A stretch of DNA of 47,400 nucleotides, taken from positions 1 through 47,400 of the forward strand of contig DASSXQ010000092.1 of the NCBI GenBank assembly GCA_035703725.1, read 5' to 3'. Of this stretch, positions 29,049 to 38,459 are shown piece after piece. The DNA comes from Rudaea sp. Its GTDB lineage: Bacteria > Pseudomonadota > Gammaproteobacteria > Xanthomonadales > Rhodanobacteraceae. The translations under genes and the position numbers were made by a program. The notes below the pieces were generated by a model. That model was not told the origin of the DNA. It ran no database searches and saw only the letters and a list, made by a program, of their open reading frames with translations. How positions within the stretch are numbered: position 1 is the stretch's first letter; each line of letters starts with the position of its first letter.

Positions 29049-30020
29049 TCAACCGACATCCGAATCATTCGGCGTCGGGATCGCCAATGATTCGATTGCG
29101 ACGCAGTTGGAGGTATTCGTACCAAGCAGCGGATTCACCAGCAGTGGCTGACGCCGGCGCAAGCCAGGCACACGCTCGAAAATCAACGCGACCGCAATCA
29201 ACACCAGGGCGCAGCCCATCGCACTGGCCCAGGTAATTGGCTCGCCCAGAAAAACCGCACCCCAGATTTGCGCAAAAACCGGCACGAGAAACGTCACTGT
29301 CACGGCGCGTTCGCTGCCGACTTCGCGGATCAAGCGATAAAACATTGCATACGCCAGACCCGTGCAGACAATGCCAAGTGCGAGCAAGGCCATCGACACA
29401 TTCAGGGTTGGCATCTGCGCAGGTACACTGAAAAATGCAAACGGCAACAGCGGCAGCAAGGTGCCGGCCATGGTGCCGCAAGCAACCGTGACCGAATCAT
29501 CGCTGGCAAATCGGGCGCGAACCGCAATCGCACCGTATGCGTACAACACCGATGCCAGCAAAATCGCGGCAAACGCGGCAATCGTCATCCATGACATCGC
29601 CACGCTGCCGAACTGCGCCAGCGTGGCAACACCCAGCACCCCGACGACAACGCCAATGAGCTTTGAAATCGACGGCCGCGGACCACCGATCCAGCCAATC
29701 AAGACCGTGAACATCGGCACCGTCGCATTGAGCACGGCCATGTATCCGGCCGGCAATGAATACGCCGCGAAAGCAAACAGCAAGAATGGCAGCCCGGAAT
29801 TCATCAGGCCAATCAACACGTAATCGCGCCAACGCGCACGCCAGTACAAGTGTCGCCGGGTCAGTGCCATCAGCGCGCCCAGTACCAGCACGGCCAAAGC
29901 AATTCGAAGCATTGCGGTCATGCCCGCGCCGATTGCCGGTACGGTGATACGCTGGAACAGGAACGACGCACCCCAGATCATGCCGAGCACGATCAGTTGC
30001 ACCAGTGAGGACAAGCGCAT
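29049..30020 (-). CDS. DMT/EamA family transporter
   Basis: IWGASFLF, PFLLFAFA, AVLNATVP, CTGLAY, VTFLVPVFA, FLGEPIT; about 10 TM helices in two repeats. Confidence 0.92.
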   Translation of the reverse strand: MRLSSLVQLIVLGMIWGASFLFQRITVPAIGAGMTAMLRIALAVLVLGALMALTRRHLYWRARWRDYVLIGLMNSGLPFLLFAFAAYSLPAGYMAVLNATVPMFTVLIGWIGGPRPSISKLIGVVVGVLGVATLAQFGSVAMSWMTIAAFAAILLASVLYAYGAIAVRARFASDDSVTVACGTMAGTLLPLLPFAFFSVPAQMPTLNVSMALLALGIVCTGLAYAMFYRLIREVGSERAVTVTFLVPVFAQIWGAVFLGEPITWASAMGCALVLIAVALIFERVPGLRRRQPLLVNPLLGTNTSNCVAIESLAIPTPNDSDVG

Positions 30021-30116
30021 GGAACTCTCCAAACGACGCCGGAATCGACGCCGGATTTTTGGGCGACGCGCATGATAACGCTGGCGTGATCCGGAAAATA
30101 TCGTTATTTTCGCGCG

Positions 30117-30911
30117 ATGCACTCAGTCCATCACGAACACGCTCCGCGCAAACGCTTCGGCCAGCATTTTTTACGCGATGCGGCAATCCTGCAACGTATT
30201 GTCGAATTGGTCGCACCACGCGCAGATGATCGGCTCGTTGAAATCGGACCCGGCGAAGGCGCGCTGACTCTGCCGTTGTTGAAAGCCGCCGGGAAACTCA
30301 CCGCCATCGAACTGGATCGCGACCTGATCGAACCCTTGCGTTCACGCGCACAGCCGATTGGCGATTTGACCATCGTCAATGCCGATGTGTTGACGGTCGA
30401 TTTCAGCACGCTGGCGCAGGGCTCGCCGCTGCGACTGATCGGCAATTTGCCCTACAACATTTCCACGCCGATTCTTTTTCATTGCCTGGACCACGCCAAC
30501 GCAATCGCCGACATGCATTTCATGTTGCAAAAAGAAGTGGTCGAACGCATGGCAGCCGCCCCCGGCAGCAAAATTTACGGACGTCTATCGGTAATGCTGC
30601 AATTGCGCTGTCGCGTGGAACCCTTGCTGCACGTCCCGCCCGGCGCATTTCGACCACCACCCAAAGTTGATTCGGCCGTCGTGCGCCTGACGCCGCTACC
30701 GCCAAACCAATTACCAAACTGCGACATGGCGCTGCTGGAACGCATCGTCCGCGCCGCCTTCGGCCAACGCCGCAAAACCCTGAGCAACGCACTGTCGCAA
30801 ATCGCAAGCCCCGCCGAAATACAATCCGCCGACATCGACCCACGCGCCCGCGCCGAGCAATTGCCGCCGCAGGCGTTTGTGGCGTTGGCGCGGCGGCTGA
30901 GTCCAGTGTAA
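30117..30911 (+). CDS. rsmA: 16S rRNA m6,2A dimethyltransferase KsgA
   Basis: RKRFGQHFL, VEIGPGEGALT, IELDRDL, GNLPYNIST, MLQKEV, FRPPPKVDSAVV, QRRKTL. Confidence 0.97.
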   Translation: MHSVHHEHAPRKRFGQHFLRDAAILQRIVELVAPRADDRLVEIGPGEGALTLPLLKAAGKLTAIELDRDLIEPLRSRAQPIGDLTIVNADVLTVDFSTLAQGSPLRLIGNLPYNISTPILFHCLDHANAIADMHFMLQKEVVERMAAAPGSKIYGRLSVMLQLRCRVEPLLHVPPGAFRPPPKVDSAVVRLTPLPPNQLPNCDMALLERIVRAAFGQRRKTLSNALSQIASPAEIQSADIDPRARAEQLPPQAFVALARRLSPV

Positions 30912-30939
30912 TCGTCGATGGTTGGCCGCATTTGGCAAA

Positions 30940-30968
30940 TAATGCATTTTTACATTGTTATTGCATTA
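30940..30968. promoter_or_regulatory. AT-rich inverted repeat, probable autoregulatory operator of the antitoxin gene
   Basis: TAATGCA (30940-30946), 15 nt, TGCATTA (30962-30968), directly upstream of the AbrB-like sequence. Confidence 0.5.
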
Positions 30969-30987
30969 CCGATGCGGAGAAATCGAG

Positions 30988-31186
30988 ATGACCCACTCAC
31001 GGTAACCACGCGTGGACAAGTCACGTTTCGCCGGGAAGTATTGCAACATCCGGGCATTCAGGCTGGCGAAAAGATCGCGCTAGTCTTGTTGCCCGGCCGG
31101 CGCGCGGAAATCAAGGCAGTGCAGCCTGATGGAACGATCCGGGATTTCATCGGCGCGTTGGCCAGACGCAATAAGAAAATCGCGAC
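30988..31186 (+). pseudogene. AbrB/MazE/SpoVT-type (VapB-like) antitoxin relic; toxin absent
   Basis: LTVTTRGQVTFRREVLQHPGIQAGEKI...GTIRDFIGAL...KIAT. The RBS-backed ATG at 30988 is one base out of frame with this domain; similarity stops at KIAT. Confidence 0.75.
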
Positions 31187-31252
31187 ACCAAGACGATTCC
31201 GCCAAGCCCTTTGACGGTATTTCTGCTCATGCGCTGCATTTGTTCATTTTCA
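31185..31252 (-). repeat. Direct-repeat copy of 32189-32256 (5' fragment of a paralogue of the 31302-32234 gene)
   Basis: Ungapped 55/68 identity at offset 1004; encodes MSRNTVKGLGGIVLV versus MSRRTVLWFLGIVVV. Confidence 0.8.
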
Positions 31253-31301
31253 GTCAGCCTATCGCATCATCTTGGCGCGCACGCCTTGCCCGATTGTCAC
31301 C

Positions 31302-32234
31302 TCAATGCACCGGAGCAACGTTGCCCGGAATTGTGTTGCCTACGTTGAAACCGGGACAGCCCATCAATTGCAATTGCATCAAGCTTGACAAAGCATTCAT
31401 GTCCGCCGATTCCGCTCCAGCGAGGATTGCCTCACGCTTCGGGTCAAGTCCCACATAGCTATCTACAAATTGACTGGCCCGAAAATCGCCATACGTTCCC
31501 GCCCACATCAATCCGCTGATGATATCGGCGGAAGCGTACTTGGGATCATCTACAAGCAAGGCATCATTTGCCTTCACAAAGCCCTTGAATGGGCTCATCG
31601 ATGTTTCAAGCAAGCGGTTGTATTGAGCATCGTCTCGGTTGAACTGTGCAGCAGCCGGGTCGTTGCGCCAGAATTGACTGCGATCTTGCCCACGCGCCGC
31701 GAGTTCGGCGTATTTCGCCTGCAAGGTATCGACTTCGCGCTCGTGCAAAAGAAATCCGGCTTTGTCGTTGCCCTGGCCTGCCAGTGTTCGCAGATTCTCA
31801 TCACTGAGAAATTTTGCGGCAATCACATCTTCCGGCATCGGATAGCCCATCTGCGCCATCCACGCCACTTGTTGCGGCGAGTTGATTGAGTAGACACCGA
31901 AATGGCGCGAGTTGAATGCCGAGATTGCTTTTTGCGCATCAGACGGGAATTGTTCCATCCACTCGTTGAAACTGGAAGCCGTGCGCACGCGCTCAACGCC
32001 CGGCAACTGAAAGCGACGCGGTACCGGCACGGTTGCGTCCGGCGCAATAACAAACGTCCGCGCAACTTGAGATTGCGCCGGTTTTGCAACTGGAACCGAT
32101 TTCGCCGGCGCCGTGTTTACGCTTACCGCTGGCTTGGGCGTCGGGTTGACGGGCAGTCGCTGACGGTGCCAAAGCACCGCCAACAACAACACCACGACGA
32201 TTCCGAGAAACCATAGAACCGTTCTTCTGCTCAT
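31302..32234 (-). CDS. Hypothetical N-terminally membrane-anchored protein (310 aa)
   Basis: Long ORF; N-terminal TM (VLWFLGIVVVLLLAVLW), Pro/Ala linker, then a soluble domain; two 60-nt lines spot-counted at 50% GC, lower than the flanks appear. Confidence 0.8.
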   Translation of the reverse strand: MSRRTVLWFLGIVVVLLLAVLWHRQRLPVNPTPKPAVSVNTAPAKSVPVAKPAQSQVARTFVIAPDATVPVPRRFQLPGVERVRTASSFNEWMEQFPSDAQKAISAFNSRHFGVYSINSPQQVAWMAQMGYPMPEDVIAAKFLSDENLRTLAGQGNDKAGFLLHEREVDTLQAKYAELAARGQDRSQFWRNDPAAAQFNRDDAQYNRLLETSMSPFKGFVKANDALLVDDPKYASADIISGLMWAGTYGDFRASQFVDSYVGLDPKREAILAGAESADMNALSSLMQLQLMGCPGFNVGNTIPGNVAPVH

Positions 32235-32560
32235 GCGCTGCACTTGTTCTTTTTCATCGAATCGCCCCATTCCGCACATTCCAAGTCCGCTTGGTCTGCA
32301 GCATACGCAGCCGCTCCATATTTCTCGACCGCATCGACGTAGGATTTGGCAAAGCCATTGCACAGTTGCTGATTGGTTGACCCGCCACAAAAGGATGGTT
32401 GGGTGGTTGACCCAAATGAAATGCCCCCATCAGCGAGATCGGAATTGTAGCTGTACCGCCACCAAGGATGTTTGCTGTCACTTCAACCGGCGGCAATTGT
32501 TGATCCGCGACGGCAATCTGGCACGCACAACAACTTGACAGCAGCCGGGGGTGCGACTTA
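32231..32560 (-). pseudogene. Probable decayed small secreted Cys-containing protein, translationally coupled to the downstream gene
   Basis: One frame gives ...CCACQIAVADQQLPPVEVTANILGG...ISNCAMA. A second frame gives FAKSYVDAVEKYGAAAYAADQADLECAEWGDSMKKNKCSA*, whose TGA forms an ATGA overlap with ATG 32234. One extra T at ~32352 would join them. No good start codon. Confidence 0.45.
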
Positions 32561-32672
32561 TGAAGCGAAAATTTGACGAATATGGAAAACTTTTGTGCCC
32601 GACTCGATCATTTCGAGCAACGAGTACCGTGCAGCCCTTGCCCGATCCGCCGCACTGCCGGACAATCCACGC

Positions 32673-33056
32673 ATGAATGAATCCAATCCTTACGCTTTCA
32701 GTATCGCCGTGCAAACGCAGTTTCTGGCAGAGCAATCCATGCCGGATGCCAATCGGTATGTGTTTAGCTACACCATTCAAATTGCCAACACCGGTAATGT
32801 TCCGGCGCGCTTGTTGACGCGTCATTGGATCATTACCGACGCCAATGGGCGCGTGGAAGAAGTGCGCGGTCCGGGCGTGGTTGGTGAGCAGCCGTGGTTG
32901 CGACCGGGCGAGAAATTCCGCTACACCTCCGGCGCGGTGTTGGAAACCGCGGTGGGTACGATGCGCGGCAGTTACCAGATGCTTGCCGACGACGGCTGCC
33001 ATTTCGATGCAACGATTCCGCAATTCACGCTGTCGATTCCGCGCACGGTGCATTGA
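32673..33056 (+). CDS. apaG: ApaG (CorD) protein
   Basis: [51 protein letters not shown]. Confidence 0.97.
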   Translation: MNESNPYAFSIAVQTQFLAEQSMPDANRYVFSYTIQIANTGNVPARLLTRHWIITDANGRVEEVRGPGVVGEQPWLRPGEKFRYTSGAVLETAVGTMRGSYQMLADDGCHFDATIPQFTLSIPRTVH

Positions 33057-33877
33057 TGGCAACGTACGCCATCGGCGACATTCAAGGTTGCTACGACGAG
33101 CTCAACCGCTTGCTCGAAAAGCTCAAGTTCGACAGCGCTCGGGATACGCTGTGGTTTTGTGGCGATTTGGTCAATCGTGGCGGGCAGTCGCTGGCCGTAT
33201 TGCGCTTGGTCAAATCGTTTGGCGACCGTGCAGTCGTGGTGTTGGGCAATCACGACTTGAGCTTGCTTTCCATTGCGCAGCGCAGTCCGGATGATCAGGA
33301 AAAAGTAAATCCGGAATTGCGCGAGGTGTTGTTCGCGCCAGACCGCGACGAGTTGCTCGGCTGGTTGCAAACGCGAGCTTTGCTGCATGTTGATCACGCG
33401 CTGAATTTCGTGCTGATTCATGCAGGTCTGGCGCCGCGCTGGACGATTGAGCGCGCCGAACATGCTGCGCGCGAAGTGGAACTGTGTCTGCGTGGCGACG
33501 ATGCGCCGCGCCTGCTCAAGGCGATGTTTGGCAACAAGCCCGATCAATGGTCACCGCGTTTGCAAGGCATAGACCGGCAGCGCGCAACAATCAATGTGCT
33601 CACACGCATGCGCTATTGCGATATTCGCGGACGTATCGCGTATCAGGAAAAAGGCGCACCCGGTACGCAAAAACCGGGGCTTTATCCATGGTTCGAAGTG
33701 CCCGGGCATAGCCCGCGTGAGCAGCGCATCGTTTGTGGCCACTGGTCGACGCTCGGGCGCTTTCAAGGCATGGGTGTTTATGCAATTGACGGTGGCTGCG
33801 TATGGGGCGGCGAGTTGATTGCGCTGCGTTTGGATGGCGACGAGCCGCAGTTTATTGCGTTGAAGTCGACGCGTTGA
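33056..33877 (+). CDS. apaH: Symmetrical bis(5'-nucleosyl)-tetraphosphatase
   Basis: YAIGDIQGC, GDLVNRG, LGNHD, HAG, TRMRYC, GHWS, DGGCVWGG; TGATG overlap with apaG. Confidence 0.97.
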   Translation: MATYAIGDIQGCYDELNRLLEKLKFDSARDTLWFCGDLVNRGGQSLAVLRLVKSFGDRAVVVLGNHDLSLLSIAQRSPDDQEKVNPELREVLFAPDRDELLGWLQTRALLHVDHALNFVLIHAGLAPRWTIERAEHAAREVELCLRGDDAPRLLKAMFGNKPDQWSPRLQGIDRQRATINVLTRMRYCDIRGRIAYQEKGAPGTQKPGLYPWFEVPGHSPREQRIVCGHWSTLGRFQGMGVYAIDGGCVWGGELIALRLDGDEPQFIALKSTR

Positions 33878-33979
33878 GTCGGGAGTCGGGAAATAGCGAA
33901 GCCATTGCCGTCGCTTCCTCCGCGTAGCGGGGGGAAGGAAAATCAAAAAGCCGGCCCGCCCGCAGGGAAGGAAAATCAA
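33876..33979. repeat. GAGTCGG heptamers, REP-like hairpin and 15-nt direct repeat between convergent apaH and frmA
   Basis: gagtcgg x2 at 33876-33889; cttcctccgc-gta-gcggggggaag at 33914-33937; gggaaggaaaatcaa at 33932-33946 and 33965-33979. Confidence 0.6.
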
Positions 33980-34003
33980 CGTTCTGCTTCGACTCGCCAC
34001 AGC

Positions 34004-35997
<1,994 letters not shown>

Positions 35998-36061
35998 TGC
36001 AAATTCCTGCTACGGCATCGTAGCGCCACAACTGTGTGCCCACCCTTGAAAGCGCAGGCTG

Positions 36062-36095
36062 AAAAGCCCCTCCCCTGAGCGGGCTCGGGGGAGGG
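36062..36095 (-). terminator. Rho-independent terminator downstream of the S9 peptidase genes
   Basis: GC-rich stem ccctcccctgagc/gctcgggggaggg, followed on the minus strand by gctttt; about 20 nt after the stop at 36117. Confidence 0.6.
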
Positions 36096-36116
36096 AAACA
36101 GCGCCGATACGCGCTG

Positions 36117-38177
36117 CTATTTTTTGTCCGTCCATTTTTTCAGCCACGCGTTGACCGCGTCGTGCCATTGCACGCTGTTATGCGGTTTTTGCACCCAGTG
36201 GCTTTCATCCGGGAAGCGCAGAAACTCGCTGGGAATTCCCCGGCGCTGCAAAGCGGTGAACGCGGCAATGCCTTGCGACAACGGGATGCGGTAATCGCGA
36301 TCACTATGGATGACGAGCATCGGCACGCGCCAATCCGCGACGTGGTTGATCGGGTTGAAGCGCTCGTAGTTTTCCGGATGTTGCCACTGGGTCCCGCCGT
36401 TTTCCCATTCGGAAAACCACTGTTCCTCGGTAGCGTAAGCCATCATGCGATTATCGAATACACCGTCGTGATCAATCAGGCACTTCCACGGCTGATTCCA
36501 CACGCCGGCAATCCAGTACACCATGTAGCCGCCGTAACTGGCGCCGAGCGCGCAAGCGTTGCCGCTGTCGAGGAAACCGTATTTTTTCAAAGCGGCATCC
36601 CAACCTTTTTGCAGGTCTTCCAATGGGCGGTCGCCCCAATGTTGCGAGATCGCGTCGGTAAATGCCTGACCGTATCCGGTGGAACCGTGGAAATTGATCG
36701 CGACCACGGCGAAGCCTTGACCGGCGTAGGTTTCGGGATTCCAGCGATAGTGGAAATCGTTGGTCCACGCACCTTGCGGGCCGCCATGAATGTAAAACGC
36801 CACCGGATATTTCTTGCCGGGCTCGTAGCCAACCGGCTTCATCACGTAGCCCTGCACGCGCTCGTTGTTCCAACCGGGGAAGTCGAACCATTCGTAATCG
36901 CCAAACGCAATATCCTTGAGCCGATCCGCGTTGACATGGGTGATCTGGTTGAGCTTGCCACGACGCAATGTGTACAGATCGGTCGGATGCTTGAAATCCT
37001 GGCGCGCAACGATCATGGTCTTGGCGCCAACGGCGAAACCGGTCACGCTGCCATCGCCGACCAGTCGCGTCGCCTCGCCATTTTTGCCATTCACTGCGAA
37101 CAAGGCGTGATCGCCATTGTCATCGGTCGTGGTGTAGAGCGTCTTGCCATCGGCGGACAATTGCAGCGGGCCGGCGGAACGATCCCATTTCGGGTCGATC
37201 TCGCGAATCTCGCCACTGCCCAGATCCATCGCCATGATGCCGAAACGGTCGGCCTCGAAGCCCGGACGCTTCATGGCCAGGTAGTACAAGGTTTTGCCAT
37301 CGTGCGATGGCAACGGCGACGCATCCCAGGCTTTGTTCGCCGCGGTGAGATTCTTCGGCGCAGCCGATGCGTCGGTTGGCACCGAGTAAATATCGAAGTT
37401 GGTCGACCAGGATTCCGTCGTCCCGGCGATACGCACGTCGAAATACACGGTTTTTCCGTCCGGCGAAAAGCTGAACTCGCTGTCGTCGCCAAACGGTTTG
37501 GATGGCACATCGCCATCGATGCCGCGGGTCAACCAATGCAGCTTGTCGATGGACTTGGCACCATCCAGGTCTGCAATGAACAACTGCGAACGGCGACCAT
37601 CGGACCACGTATCCCAGTGGCGGATGAACAATTTGTGGTACAGCGTGCCGGTCGCCTTGTCGGCCTTGCGATCGTCCAGTCGCTTTTTGCTGCAAGCCAG
37701 AACATCGGCTGGCTCGGGGCAGTCGGCAAACACGTCGATCGAGACCAGCAGATGTTTGTCATTCGGCGACAGCTCGAACGCGTTCACGTCGAGCGGCACA
37801 TGCGTAATCTGCACCGGTGTAGCATGGGTGTCGATGCTGGCGTTCCACACCTGCGTCGCATCGTCGCCATTGGCCAGATAGTAAATGCTGCGGCCGTCGG
37901 CAGACCAACGCGGCGAACTGGCGCTGACTGACTTGTCCGTGAGCCGCCTCGCTTCGACATTTCCGGAATCCAGATCAAGCAGCCAGATACCACTGACGCC
38001 CTTGTTCGCGTCGTAATCGGTTTGGCGCATTTGATAGGCAACATGCTTTCCGTCGGGCGATAGCTGTGGATCGCTGACGCGATTCATCATCACCAGATCG
38101 TGGACGTTGAACGCATGCGGTGCAGCCACCGCATGCAGGGAAAACGCAAGCGCCAAGGCGGCGAATAATGCCTTCAT
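36117..38177 (-). CDS. Secreted S9 family peptidase (dipeptidyl aminopeptidase/acylaminoacyl peptidase type)
   Basis: Signal peptide MKALFAALALAFSLHAVA; PD40-like repeats; IHGGPQG, GASYGG, DYRIP, ESH; RBS GGAG. Confidence 0.93.
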   Translation of the reverse strand: MKALFAALALAFSLHAVAAPHAFNVHDLVMMNRVSDPQLSPDGKHVAYQMRQTDYDANKGVSGIWLLDLDSGNVEARRLTDKSVSASSPRWSADGRSIYYLANGDDATQVWNASIDTHATPVQITHVPLDVNAFELSPNDKHLLVSIDVFADCPEPADVLACSKKRLDDRKADKATGTLYHKLFIRHWDTWSDGRRSQLFIADLDGAKSIDKLHWLTRGIDGDVPSKPFGDDSEFSFSPDGKTVYFDVRIAGTTESWSTNFDIYSVPTDASAAPKNLTAANKAWDASPLPSHDGKTLYYLAMKRPGFEADRFGIMAMDLGSGEIREIDPKWDRSAGPLQLSADGKTLYTTTDDNGDHALFAVNGKNGEATRLVGDGSVTGFAVGAKTMIVARQDFKHPTDLYTLRRGKLNQITHVNADRLKDIAFGDYEWFDFPGWNNERVQGYVMKPVGYEPGKKYPVAFYIHGGPQGAWTNDFHYRWNPETYAGQGFAVVAINFHGSTGYGQAFTDAISQHWGDRPLEDLQKGWDAALKKYGFLDSGNACALGASYGGYMVYWIAGVWNQPWKCLIDHDGVFDNRMMAYATEEQWFSEWENGGTQWQHPENYERFNPINHVADWRVPMLVIHSDRDYRIPLSQGIAAFTALQRRGIPSEFLRFPDESHWVQKPHNSVQWHDAVNAWLKKWTDKK

Positions 38178-38306
38178 CGGGGTATCTCCGTGCGGGAATA
38201 TGTCGATGGTAACCGCCTGTCTGCCGCATTGAAAGCACGATTGGGTCGTGAGCCGAGCGCGGATGCCCTGTGCGCAGATTGACCACGTAATGATTGATTC
38301 GTCGCA

Positions 38307-38334
38307 GTCGCGTTCGGCGTGCGCCGAATGCGAC
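38307..38334. other. Strong intergenic hairpin between the two S9 genes
   Basis: gtcgcgttcggcg-tg-cgccgaatgcgac, 13-nt arms with one G-U pair. Confidence 0.5.
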
Positions 38335-38354
38335 GAGATGAAAAACAAAGGCGC

Positions 38355-38433
38355 TGGGTTCCCGCCACAAGCACGCGGGAACGACGATCAAAATCGGAAA
38401 TCGTCCCGAGTCCCGAGTCCCGAGTCCCGAGTC
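38355..38433. repeat. REP-like hairpin plus (GTCCCGA)x4 heptamer array
   Basis: gttcccgc-cacaagcac-gcgggaac-gacg at 38358-38386; gtcccga x4 at 38403-38430. Confidence 0.8.
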
Positions 38434-38459
38434 TCGCGACTGGCTTTCCCGGCATGCTG

